Assembly: GCA_001643675.2 (NCBI GenBank) | Contig: LSRY02000028.1 | Span: 1,157,068 to 1,221,067, forward strand | Reading direction: 5' to 3' | Source of the DNA: Monocercomonoides exilis PA203 | Lineage: Eukaryota; Protista; Preaxostyla | Length of the DNA stretch: 64,000 bases | Part shown: positions 1 through 12,953 of the stretch, piece after piece | Numbering within the stretch: position 1 is the stretch's first letter | How the letters are laid out: each line of letters opens with the position of its first letter | Program-made: the position numbers and the translations under genes | Notes under the pieces: generated by a model | Database searches by the model: none | What the model was told of the DNA's origin: nothing | What the model saw: the letters and a program-made list of their open reading frames with translations, nothing else

Positions 1-3000
1 AGAGCAAACAATATGACATCAAAAATACTTGCTCTTTTTGCTAGATCAGTTGGCTTTCGATATTTGCAAACATCACTTCTTCCATCTGTGCTTTCAATAA
101 TCAACGACAGGCATTTAAATTTGACTTTTGATTTTTCATATATTACGGATCCTGAACAAAAAAAGCAAGCTGTTAATAAAGGTCTTTCGGTATGTCACTT
201 TGTTCTATAATAATAATTATTATTTATACAAAAATATCATTTCGACGCATTCATTTTATAGGATTTCGAAAAATATGCATCAATGATTCTGGATAATTTG
301 GAGAATCCAGTTAATTTCAAAGAAATACCTCGTGAAATAAGGCTTGTTTTTATACGTTTAGTGAATACTTTTAATATTTATTCTGAAACATTTAGAGGAC
401 TTTCATCATTTTTATATTATCTTGCAAATCAAAAAGTGATTGATGATAGCGATGAAAATAACAAGACGTTTTTGGAAAACAGAAAAGATGCCAAAAGTCA
501 AAAATGCGTTGAGGATAATAAAGCGAATGAAATAACATCTGGCACTGAAATTGAACATCAACCAAAGGATGAATCATTTGGCTTAAAAAATGAAACTCAA
601 CAAGAAAGCAATAAGACTTCTGAAAACATTGAACAGCCATCCACTCAGACAGAAGCGAGCAGCACAAGTTGCTCTCCTCAATTGTCTGCAGGCGCATCAG
701 TTCAACTGCAGTCTCATTCACCTGAGGAAGTGCAGTCTCCATCATCATCCTCATCCTCATCTTCACAGCAATCTGTCCACCCTTCAATTGCAGAAGAGGA
801 TCAGAACACTCAAAAGACAGTGAATTTGGAATCTTCTCCTTCTCCTTCCTCTTCCTCTTCCTCTTCCTCTTCCTCTTCTTCCACCCTTTTCACTCCTCTT
901 TCGCTTGTCAGTGGCCTGTTTTTCCTCCGTTTCGTGTGCCCCACAATATTCTCACCTCAAAGTTTGCATCTTTTTCCTCTGTCAATTCTCCTCCCAACAC
1001 ACACAACTTCTTCCTCTTCTTCCTCTTCCTCCACACTTCACTCAAACACTTCAATGATTTCTTCTTCTTCTTCCTCTTCCTCTTCCTCCTCTTCCACACC
1101 TTCATTTGCCTCGTCGCTTCCCCAGCGCAATCTCATCACTGTCACAAAATGCATTCAGCAGCTGGCAAATGACGTGGAGTTCGGCAAAAAGGAACCAAAA
1201 ATGGCTGTTCTGAATGAATGGATCAGAAAGACAAGAGCAAAGAAAGATGCACTTTTGATGAAGCTGGTGACTGAAGATGAAGATTCCTCTCCATCCAACA
1301 AAAGTTCACCTTCTTTTATGGACAGCCCCTCTGCTCATCTCGATGGAAGCTATTTGTTTGCTGCATCTTCTTCTTCTTCTTCTTTTGCATTTAGTTCTAT
1401 TTGCCAACAGAATTCTTCATCTGCTGAACAGACAGACCATCCAAACATCCCCTTTGCCGATGTGCTGTTTCCACACATTCCAATTCCCTCTCGTTTTCTG
1501 TCTTCTTCTTCTGACTCAAAGAAAGAATACAACAGCTCATCTTCCACATCCACAAATACATCCAATCAAAATGACGACATCCAACTTCTCAGTCGCTATC
1601 TGCCTGACTCCTCCACACTCTCTTTGTTTCAGTCACTCCACTCCTTCTTCTGTGCCCACCGCAATGCCATCGTCCAGAAAGTGTGCCAGTTCTCTCTCCA
1701 AACACCAGACAGCCCAAACAGCAACAGCAATAATACCTTTAATACCTTTAATACCATTAATACTATTAATGGCAGTCATAGTCTAAATAGCAATCATACT
1801 TTCAATAGCATCAATAGTTATCATTCAATGAAGCCATTTTCTTCCTCATCCACTCTCTCCTCTGCCCATCGCTTTCTTCGAATGAAAAGCGATGTGGCCG
1901 AGGTGAAAATGGCACAAGAATTCGTCTCGCTCATTTTGGGCCTTCCTCCTCCGATGTTTGCGATGGCACAGGGCGAATCTGCTGGAAGAAAGGAAAGTGT
2001 GAATGGCTCTATTTCATCAATAAAAGTGATAATATTATTTCTTTTTTATTGTATTATTGTTATTATTATTATTCATTTATCCTTTTATTTGATCTAACTA
2101 TTTGAATGATATGTATATTTATTTATGTTCTATTCAGTTATGCACTACATTCAGCTGCGTCATAAGGTCTCTCTTGTTGTTCCGCCTGTTCTGAAGTTCT
2201 ATTCATTCAACACAATGTCACCCTCCTCCCCTCAACAAGACTGCAATTCTCCTTCCAAACAAAACAACTCTTCCACAATCATCTCATCTTCCTCTTCCTC
2301 TTCATCATCATCATCATCTTCTTCTTCTTCTTCTTCTTTCCGTCCCAATGTCTTCCTCTCCTCCATTCCCATCCAATCTTTCCTCATTTCTCGTGTTCCT
2401 TCTGCCGACTGGAAACTTCTCTCTGATCTCCAATTTCTTGTTGTGTGTGGCATTCCTTGTTCCTCTTCCTCCTCCTCCTCTTCTTCTTCTTCTGCGATTC
2501 AGTCTGCTTCTGGTTCAACTCCTTCAATTTCATCCTCTTCTTCTTCACCTTCCTCCTCCTCCTCCTCTTCTTCTTCTTCTTCTTCTTCTTCTCCCTCTTC
2601 TTTTCCTTCCTCTTCTTTCCAGCAATTCACTGCATCGTCTGCTTTTCTGTTGTTTCTGCCTGGCCGTCTGTTGCATCCAAAAGTCGTCACAAAAATGAAT
2701 CCTCACTCCATTCACCACTTCTGCGCTAAAGTTTGAGACTTTTTCTTATTTTTTATTTATTTATTTGTTTGTTTATTATTCTTTCATCATTTGCTGTTTT
2801 ATTTATTGGAATTAATTAAACATTCCCAATCTCCCTCACAAACATCAGGTGCTGTTTTCTCTGCCCACACTCGATGTCACTCTTGTTGTCGATATGGCCT
2901 CTCTTCCTCCTTCTTTCTATCTTCCTCGCCCTCCTTCTGCCTCCTCCTCTTCCCTCTCCACACATTCATCTCAGCCAGCCAGCCACCTCATCTACTCCTT

Positions 3001-6000
3001 CCACACCCTTCTCCTTCAGCTCTTGCTCGCCTTCAATGGCTGGGTAGAAGACAAACAAAGAGACGACCTCATACAAAATGCACAGAAAAACAAGAATATC
3101 CTTCTTCAGACACAAAAAGAGCAGGCAATACAACAAAAGCCATCACTCGCACGTTCTCCTCGCCTCTCAGCCAGTCTGCCTGCTGTCGACATCACAAAAA
3201 CAGAACAATCCAAAGAAAAAGAAGAGAAAACAGACAATTCACAGGCTGCTTCTGTTGCTTCTTCTCCTTCATCATCCAATTCATCAACAGCTTCCTCTCC
3301 AAAAATGGAGTTTTCTTCGCTTTTCTCTTCTTCTCTCTCATTCACCCCCACTCACACAGACAACAACGCAACACACACACAATTGACAACACATGAGAAG
3401 AATCAGCCAGCCAGTTCACCAAAAGCATCTTCTCCTCCTCCTCTTTCATCATCATCATCATCTACTACTACAACTACTTCTTCTTCTTCTTCCCCTTCTT
3501 CTTCTTCTTCTTCTTCTTCTCTTTCGTCTTCTCCCTCTCAAACTATTCTGACTAATACCCCCAACACATCCAGTGCCAATACCCTTCCTCTTCCTCCTTC
3601 CCACAAAAAGCCACAAAAGCTTCTTCCTCTTCCCTTCACACGCCCAAAGGCATCGTGGCGGAGAGTGGAAATAACAGGCTCCAAGCGCTTCAACTCCTTC
3701 TTCACTCAAAACGACGCGAAGATTCTGTTGAAAGAGATGAAAGACGCGTCAATTGGAGGAAAAGAGCCGAAAGCTGTCCAAACACAGACAGAAAAAGACT
3801 CCTCTTCTGAAGGCACTTCAAAAGAAGACAAGAAAACTGGCTTGTCAAACAACTCTTCAACATCCTCCAAACTTGCTTCATCTGAATCTTCGCAAAATAC
3901 AACACTTGTTGTTTCCTCTGCCCATCCATCGCCTCTTTCATCTCCTATTCCATCGTCATCTCCTCAAATTCATTCAAAACAGCATCAAACAAACTCTTCT
4001 GCTGCTTCTCCTTCTGACTCCTATCAAACACTCCCTGCTTCTCTTACAAAGACCCCTCCTCCGATTCAGCAGCAGCAGTCAACAGAAAGTTTTGTCTCCC
4101 ACACTCTTCCTCTTCCTTCCTCTTCCTCTTCTCCTCCTCCTTTCCTTTCTCCAAATGCTCATGCTGTCACATCCTCTTCAAACAGACACACAGAAATCCC
4201 TCGTCTTCGCCGCCTTGTCTTCTACAGGCCATCCATCAACACGCCATTCTTAGCCATGTTCCTCACTTCTCTCTGCCCGTCCATCTGCTACAATCTTCCA
4301 ACACATTCATCCAACTTTACTCTTTCTTCAAGCTCATCTTATTCCCCTGCTTCAACAACAATCACTCCTACTTCTCCAACATCACCTTGTTCCTCCTCTT
4401 CCTCTTCCTCTTCCTCATCTTCTTCTTTTTCTTCTTCTTCTTCCTTCACCACCTCTCCCACCCACTACACCCAGCCACCCGAACAGCCAGCTCTTCCTCT
4501 CTTCTCCTGCGACTTCATCAGCTCTGATGAAGCACTCTGCCGTGTCGTGTCTGCCAAGTCTATTGCATCTTCTCTCTTGAAACCTTCCACCCGCCCCAAA
4601 ACTTCCCAAGCGCCGTCTGTCCTCTCCACCTTCGACGTGCCCAGCTCCTCTTCTTCTGCCTCCTTCTCCTCTCAAAGCACCAACAGCACTTCCACATTCC
4701 CTCCTCTCCCTCCGCCTCTTCCTCTCTCCTCGTCTGCCCTCATCTTCCCCTGCCAGCGCGAGTCGAGATACAAAACAAGACTCGGAAGATATCTTCTGTT
4801 CACTCTGTCTTCGGTGATTGTGCTCGATGAGAAGTCGCTGATTGTCAAGGAAGAGCTGCCGCTGGCGATGCTTGTGGCATTCCACTACAGCGAAAAGGAC
4901 AGAGAGAAGGCAAAGGCGAAGGAGCTGCAGAGGCAGAAAGAGGCAGAAATCGAAATGGAGCGAAGGAAAGAGAAGATAAGGAGGAAGATGATGGGCTCAG
5001 AAGAATGGAGCAAAGGTGACTCGGCTGGTGTGTATGATGAATATGATGAAAATGGAGACAATTCTGTTGGCTCTTCTTCTTTTCGCAGAGCTACTTCTCG
5101 TTCGCCTGTTAATTCTTCATACTCTTCAGAAGCACGTGTTTCAGTGGCTGACAAAGTGGCAATGTACAACAGAAGAGCAACTGAATCATCATCATCATCA
5201 TCTTCTTCTTCTTCTTCTTCTTCTTCTTCTTCTTCCAAACAGACAGAATCCACATCAGACAAAGCAGATGCTGTCACACAACCAAAGTCTCCTCTGCCGA
5301 CATCGCCGAGTGCATCTGACGAGACGAATGATTTGATGGCCCAGTCTCCTTCTCCATTTCAGTCAGCCACAGCAGCCCCTACATCGACAAGAGGAATATC
5401 TCCTCTGCCTCAAATGAACAGCTCTGCCACAAGTCCCTCACATGACGCATCTCAACAGGCACTGAATGGCATTTCTGACTCGTCTGCTGAGCAGAAAGAG
5501 CGAACTGTGTCGACTTCTGAACCAGACAGCGAGTCAGAAAAAGACGAAGTTGAAGAGCCAGAAAAGGAGAGTGAAGACAGACGTAATGCGCTCTTCTTGT
5601 ACTTCCAGTGGAGACCAAAGACATCGTCTCCTGAATGTTATGCTCAGCCTTCCTTTTCACAGACCATCCCATCTCCACCAGCAGATGTGTCTTCTTTGTC
5701 ATCTTCTGTTGCTCGCCCATCATCAACGCTCCTTCTGCCAGAGCAGCTGAAGGAGCCCTTCAAAGAATACAGTCGCATCTTCTTCTTCCCTTCGCATGCT
5801 GTCAGAGAGTCCTTTGTGGAGTGCTTGCTGTCACTCACACAGCAGCTGATGGTTAGAGACGCTGAATTCTCGAAGATGAGAGAGAAAGCAGCTGAACTCG
5901 AAGAAAAAGTGAATGCAAATGCAAATACGAATGAAAAAGAAAAAGAAAGAGAAAAATGTGAGCAAAAACAGACTCTTCCAACTGCAATGAAACATGGAAT

Positions 6001-7612
6001 GAGCGAAGAAGAAGCAGCTGAATGGGAACTTTATGATCCTCTTTGTGAAACAGCTAATCCTCTTTCTTCTCCTTCGACACTTTCCTATTCATCCGCCTCT
6101 CTCTCATTTGTAATCTCAGATTTCACATCATCTCTATCCTCTTCCTCCTCTTCCTCTTCCTCTTCCTCTTCATCCACTTCACCAAAGAACCCCAAAAATA
6201 CTTCTTCCACACTTCCGCTGGCTGCATCGCGCAGAAAGTCCACCGCTGGCTTCCATCGCGATGCCATCTCTCCGTTTGGACAGGCACTGGAGGCTCTTCT
6301 GGCGACACCTCACTCTTCACGCCGCATTCTGAAAGTGACACCGACTTCTGTTCTGGTGCTGTCAATCGAAAAGGAAGCGAAATCTGACAACAAAATCGGG
6401 AGGAGTGCTGTTGTGTGTTCAGATATACCGTTTCTGTCGCTGCAACTGGCGTCGCTTATGCCTGGTTGTGACTACAAGTTCCGAATAAAAGACAGACGAG
6501 ACATCACATCACATACATTCATCTGGGACTGCAGAATGGACAATGCATCACCCCCAGTCATTCAGCACACGAAGACAGAAACAGAAGAGAAGAAGGAGAA
6601 GAATGGGATGAAAGCTGCTCAGAATGCAAGCGGAATAACAAGCTCTTCTCTTCAAGCAGACAAAGCTATTCATCCATCGTCTCAGATTTCAGAAGACCCG
6701 CAATCAGCACAAGAGCCTTCATCGACTGTGTTTGTGGCGTATGCGAAGTGGATCGTTGCACAGATTCAGCACGAAACACGGCGGTACTTCAGCAGTCTGT
6801 TTGACTCGTTTCTGTATCTCCGCCAGACATCGCCTCCGCTCCTCCATTCTGAGCTGTCTCTCCTCCGCCCTTGCCACGAAGAGGTCACCTCTTGTCTTGC
6901 CAGCAGCACACACCCTGCTCTCCTCCTCTCCCACTTCAAGGCGCTCTTTCCAGTCGCCTTCGAGAAGTCGCTCCTGGCTTCCTCTGAAACTTATTTCGGT
7001 TCTCATTTTCTATCAGCTTCTATGCATAATTATGCCTCTAATTCTTTTGCTCCTTCTTCGTCACCATCTTCTTCGGAATCAAAAACACGTTTTTCAACTT
7101 TGACACCATCTTGTTCTGTTTCTCCATTGCAGCCAACATCATCTTCTCCTTCTCATCAACATATGCCTTTGCCTTCTTATTCACCAACTTCTTCTCCTCC
7201 ACCCGCATCCTCTCCTCCGTCTAACATTCATCTCACTCTCTCTTCTAAACAGCCACTTTCACTCAGCTCGCAAACTCTCCCTCATCCAACTGCATCCCCA
7301 CCAAGCAAAAAGCTTTCCCTTCGGCCAATATTTATATTCACATCAAAGACACCGCAGGTACACCCACAAGATGGTAGTCAGCTGTTTTCTCCTTCCAGAA
7401 ACTCATTTGATCACTTTGTTACTCCGCTGTCTCCACTCTCAAGCGCTGAACAAATACACACAGAAAGACCAGATGGAGAAGGTAATGGCACCATTCAACA
7501 GAATGCGTGTCAGAACACTGAAAAATCCTTACCTTCGTCTGTTCCTAGCAATCATGTTCATCACAAATCTTCATCGTTTTCGTTTTCGTTAGACTTTCTT
7601 CCTCATTGTTAA
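1..7612 (+). CDS. RasGAP-domain protein, multi-exon and 5'-truncated by the window. Approximate exons: <1-190, ~262-2025, ~2140-2730, ~2850-7612. Long Ser-rich low-complexity regions.
   Basis: RasGAP signature SGLFFLRFVCPTIFSP plus RNLITVTKCIQQLANDVEFGKKEPKMAVLNEWI. GT..AG AT-rich gaps separate consecutive + strand ORFs. That the 2849-7612 ORF belongs to the same gene is inferred. Confidence 0.75.
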
Positions 7613-8981
7613 ACGGTTTCTTTAAGAAGTTAGTTCAGAGAGTATTTTTTTTTTTTACACTTTTTTGTTTTCTTTATTTGACATTAAAAATATTGTTTTG
7701 TTCATTTGTGAATTTTGAAAAGGTAAATTTTAATTATTATTATAACTTAAAGTGTGGGTTTTAATTATTTTTCTTGAAAAATACCCAAGATTATAAATGG
7801 TTTGCGCATTTTTTTATTTGTTTATTAACAAAATTGTGTGACCAGTTTGGAAACTCGTAGTTTATTCTTTCTTATTTCTTTTAATTATTCGTTTTTTATT
7901 CATTAAAAAAAATATTTTATTTTTTCACAAAAAAGAAAGAGCGCTAAACAATTATAAAAAATTATAAGTGGATTTTTTTCATTTTAAAATGACAAATTGC
8001 CAAAACTTCTGAATGCACCGCACACATTAATTTATCCGTTTTGCAAAAAGAAAGAAATGACAATTCATAAAAACAATTTTTTCTGTCAATCACAACAAAT
8101 ATGTTTTTCTTTATATTTGATGAAGTTCTTATAAATGATTAGTTGGTGGAAAAAATATTCATAAAAACTTTTCTTGCACAAAGAGCGTTTGCATTGCAAT
8201 TCTCAAAAACTGTGTCGAACTTTATCAGATTACGAAATAAATAGAATTTTCACATTTATGAATTTGTATCATTGATATAACAGCCTAATTTTGTGTGTCA
8301 CAACTTGATAACGAAAAAATAAACCAATCACATTAAAATATTTTGATCACAAAATATTCATCAACAGTTCTTTATAATTTTCATGGAAATGAGTGAAGTG
8401 TTTTTCTTCATGACTTAATGACTATTATTTAATAACGATAAAGAAAAAAGAATTAAAAAAATGAACTTGTTTTTTTTTTTATAATTCATCAGCCTTTTTT
8501 TCAAAAGGAATGCGAGAATGAAAGAGAGTTTTTTTTTCCACCAAAAAAAAAAGAAAGAAAGAAAAGATAAAATAAAAGAAAAAAAAAAGAAAAAGAAAAA
8601 AAAAATAAAATACAAATTTTCTAGAGCCTTGCCAAATATTTCAAATTTGCACAAATTATTCGATGTGTTTTCATATGTTTCTTTTTTTTCTGGTTTTATT
8701 CATTAAATCAAAAATAAATTGTGTGATTATTTTTGATACACAATTTTTCCATTCAGTAATTTCGTTTTTAAAATTTCCCTTGAATAATTACAAAAGAACT
8801 ATGCAAAATTAAAATGCCTATTGGTAACATCTTCGTCTTTTTTGAGCAAAAATATTTGTTTTTGAAACAGTTGATATTAATAGATATATTGAATACAAAA
8901 TTTCTCCCATTGACAAGAAACCTTAGAAAAAGTCTATTTACATAAAAAAGTTCTGGTTTCAAAAATAATCACCAATAATAT

Positions 8982-9221
8982 GGGTAATTCTTTTTGAAAA
9001 GTCGCAAATGTTTAATTTTCAAATTAATCAAAAATATCATATTTTGCTCATATTTCTGTTTTCACTCACGAATCTTCTTTGGAACGAATGAAATAGCATT
9101 ATCAAGAAATATATTCCATATTGGTGAAGTTTGGTTTGTGAAAACAGAAATATGAGCAACATATGATATTTTTGATTTATTTGAAAATTAAACATTAGCG
9201 ACTTTTCAAAAAGAATTACCC
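8982..9221. mobile_element. Foldback MITE (~240 bp) with ~84-bp inverted arms
   Basis: 8982-9065 (GGGTAATTCTTTTTGAAAAGTCGC...GTTTTCAC) is the reverse complement of 9138-9221 with about 3 mismatches. GGG/CCC termini, ATAT on both flanks, no coding capacity. Confidence 0.75.
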
Positions 9222-10060
9222 ATATGTATTATTCTTTATGAAAAGTTGCACATTTTTAACATCGGGGTTAAAAATTGAACCTTCTTTGATAATTTTAGGT
9301 GATGAATTCAACAAATTTCTCCACTGTGAACACATTCTCACTTTAAATAGGTTAGAATATTCATATGGGGAAAAATACGGTCTTTCAAGCTTTTTATGCA
9401 CAAAGCATGAAAAAATTGTTTCACTCATAACTTTGTTTCGCTTTCTCAGATTTCAAAACAAATATGATATTCATCTCTATAAACAGGCATCTTTGAAATC
9501 AAAACATGAGGAATAGAAAAATTTATTGAATTTCAAAAAATGGACCCATTTTTATTGTTATTTTTAATCTCAAAAAGTCAATGAAAAGTTCATAATTTTT
9601 CAATGAAAATGCCTGAAGTGAAATATTCTTCCCCATTTAAAAAAAATGATAAAAAATGATAAATCTGTAACAAAAAAGTGATCATTTAATGTTCAATTTA
9701 AGAAAACTCAGATTGTTAACATTTGTGGCTTCACAAAAAGAATAAACCAAATATTTGTCTTAACTGTTTTCCATTTTTGAAGATTGAATATCTATAGAAT
9801 TGAAATCTTTATACAATGTTCGTTAATGAAAATTAATCTTTTCAATTAAAGATGTTGTAATAATCAATTCTTTCTTTGTTTGTTGACAGTTTCTGAAATA
9901 ATTTTTGTTTGGTATATTTTTATTTGTTGAAAACAATGAGTTTCACCACAATTATAAAAGTTTTAACATTTCAATTCGAAAAACAATACAATTCAAAAAA
10001 TTATGGTTAATATTGATCAAGATAGTTTAAATTTTTATTCAAAATATTTTTTGATTTTCG

Positions 10061-12338
10061 ATGCAGTGGTCTGTGAATCAACCAAATTCACAAGCAAGAC
10101 AGCCGGGGACGACTCATTCTCGAACCCCAAAGGCTGTAACTGTGCGTCCGTTTCAGACAGGTCCAATAACAATTCGTTCAATTCCAACTGCCCAAACTAC
10201 TCCGTTACCACAACCTCAAATAGAAGCTGATCAAGAAGATTCAGAAGTTTTCACACAGAAATTTATTTCAAATCTACAGGGGCAAATTCATTTGTTGGAA
10301 TTGGAGTCAAAACTATTAAAAGAAAGACTTTCTGGGGATCAGGAGAAAAAAGGTCCTGACTTGGACGAAGTTGATACATCAGATGTTGATCCAGCATTGC
10401 GAGAACTCAGAAAAATGTATCATGAATTGGAGCAAGAGGGGAAAAATGAAAAGGAGGTATTGAGATTATTCTTTTTTTCTTTTTTTTTTATTTATTCATT
10501 TATTATTTGAAGAGACTTCTTGATCTGATTAATAAATTGCTAAATGATCGAGCAATTCTTCTTTCAGCGCAAGAGCGCTTGACAAATGAGGCTCAGGAAG
10601 CCAAAAATGAAACACAAAAAGTGATGGAAGAGACTGAATCCATGAAAAAACCATTTTCGAAACAGATTGCAGCACTTAAACAACAAATACAAGCAACCGA
10701 TGAAGAACTTAAGAGAGCTTCCGATGAGAAAGATCGCCTGAAAGAAGAGTTGGAATTTGCTGTTACTAGATCGAGCCAATTAAAGAACTTAATAGATGAT
10801 CAAAAAAAATCGTTAAGAGATAAAGACGTTTGTGATGATAGTTATATTTTTATATAAAGATGCTAACATAATTCTTCTACGTGTTATTTTAAAAATCTTA
10901 TGAAATTACAATTTCACAAAAGTCGCAATTAGCACCTTTGAAAGACTTAGTTGCAGAACTTGCCGAAGAAGAAGAACGGCTCCGTGCCCAGTTGAATGAA
11001 TGCAAAGAAGGAAGAAAAGAAGACGAAGATATAATCCGTGATGCAAAGGAGAAATTATCTCAGCTTCAACATATAGATGGAGAAGGAGTAGCTGCAGTGA
11101 GACAAAAAGAGATGGAAGCGGAATCGCTTCGTACAACAAAGGACAGAATAGACGAGGAGAATAGAAAGATAATGGTTTGATTGCGAAAAAAAAAAAAAAA
11201 AGAAAGATAAGCATTTTTTTGTAGAATAAATAATGAAAATTAATAAAGAGGGAATAAGAAAAGAGATAATAATATTTTCAAAAAAAACTTCATTTTTCTT
11301 GAAAATTTGATTGAATTATTTGCAAATTACAATTTTACAATTCATTTGTTTTCCAATGTTTATTTTTTCTTTCAGAAGGAAAATGGAGACCTGCGAAGAG
11401 AAATTGCTGTGGCGAAGGAAAATATTGCTTCATTAAGTGCAGAAACAGCGCAGATGAAAAAGCAAACAGCACAATTGGAAGCAAACGGAGCAACAGAAGA
11501 AAAAGAAGCCAGACAAGAGTCAGAAAAGGCAAACGAATGCAGAAACAAAGCAGCAGCTATTGAAAGAGAATGTGGAGTGCTCCGTTCAAAGATTGATGCA
11601 ATCCATCGAGATATTGATAATACAAAAGATAAGGTTTGTATTTATTACTTCTTCTTTGTCAAAACAAAATTCTTTGATATGCCATTTTTAAATGAAATTG
11701 CATTGATTGAAATTGTTTCGCTATTTATTAATGTTTTTTAATTTCCAACAAATCTTTTCTTTTCTACATTTCATGACAATTTCCTCATTTAAAATCAATA
11801 GATTGACGATTTGCTTTCCGATGATGAATCAAAGCAAGCTGAAATGGCTCATCTCACTGCGACTGTGCGCCTTCAAAAAAGTGACCTTGATGCTCTTCAA
11901 CGGTCTGCGTCTTCACTTCGCGAACAGCTGGCAGCAATGGTGGACGACAACACGATGCTGCAGAAGGAGAATGATCGTCTAGCTAAACGTGCTGCATTCC
12001 TTGCTTCACTTGAACTTGGCAAAGCGCCGGAGCTTGTTGAGCTGCGCGAGACAAATCAGAAGATGGAGCGAACGTTGGCAGCTTTGAAAAAGAAGATTGC
12101 AGAAGGCGAAGAAGAGAGAGATGCGGAAGAGCAGATGCTGACAATGAATGGAGGACGAGGTTCAGACACAGGCGGGAAAAGCATATCTCCTGGAACTCGC
12201 AGCTATTTGAGCTCGTTCACAAGTGCAACTATGAAGTCTCCACTGAGCGTGGGAGAACAAAGAAAAAAGAGAAACGAAGAACTGAAGAAAAAAATTCAGT
12301 CAAAGCAATCAGAAGAGGGAACAAAATCAAGGGGATGA
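10061..12338 (+). CDS. Multi-exon long coiled-coil protein (cytoskeletal/flagellar-type, function unknown)
   Basis: Five successive E/K/Q/A-rich heptad ORFs (10061, 10507, 10938, ~11376, ~11801) separated by T-rich GT..AG introns. Starts at ATG 10061 and ends TGA 12338. Confidence 0.7.
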
Positions 12339-12953
12339 GTTTTTTATTTTGCATCTTATATTTCTCGTACATTTGCCATTTCACATTTTTCTTGCTGTGT
12401 TAATTGTTTTTTTAGTTTCACTTCATCTTTTGTAACGATCAATTTTCGTTTTTGGTGATTGTTAACCATTTCATTTTTTTTTAGAATTAACAAATAGATG
12501 AATTTCATGCTGTTTTCCGTTCAATTAATTTTTATGTATTGACAAAAAATTGGATTCATCGATACATAGCGCTATCAGTTATTTGTGTTCTTATTTTTCA
12601 ATTTCCGTTTCTTCAAATAAGATGAAGCTTTTCCAAAAAAGAAAAAAAAAAACAATATTTGGATTTTAATTTCACGAAATGAAACGTAATAAGGAATATT
12701 ATCTTTTTTCGAAATCAAACATATATTTCTTCCATGCACAATTACACAATAAGTGATAATCAAACTTTCGATATAATCCAAAAACAAAAATTCCCATTTG
12801 TGATTCAAAAATTTCATGTCAATAGAATATTTTATTTTTCAGTTGATAAATATCATATTTGTGGAAATACTATGTCTATATCAGATTTCATAAATCGTTC
12901 AATGTCATTGCAAATATTGAAATCACCATCTCAAATTACAAATAATTGATTCT

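Noticed and set aside
700-7300. (TCT/TCC)n tracts and the many overlapping poly-Leu/Phe/Glu ORFs
   Set aside because: These are coding poly-Ser low-complexity tracts of host genes; the alternative-frame ORFs are by-products.
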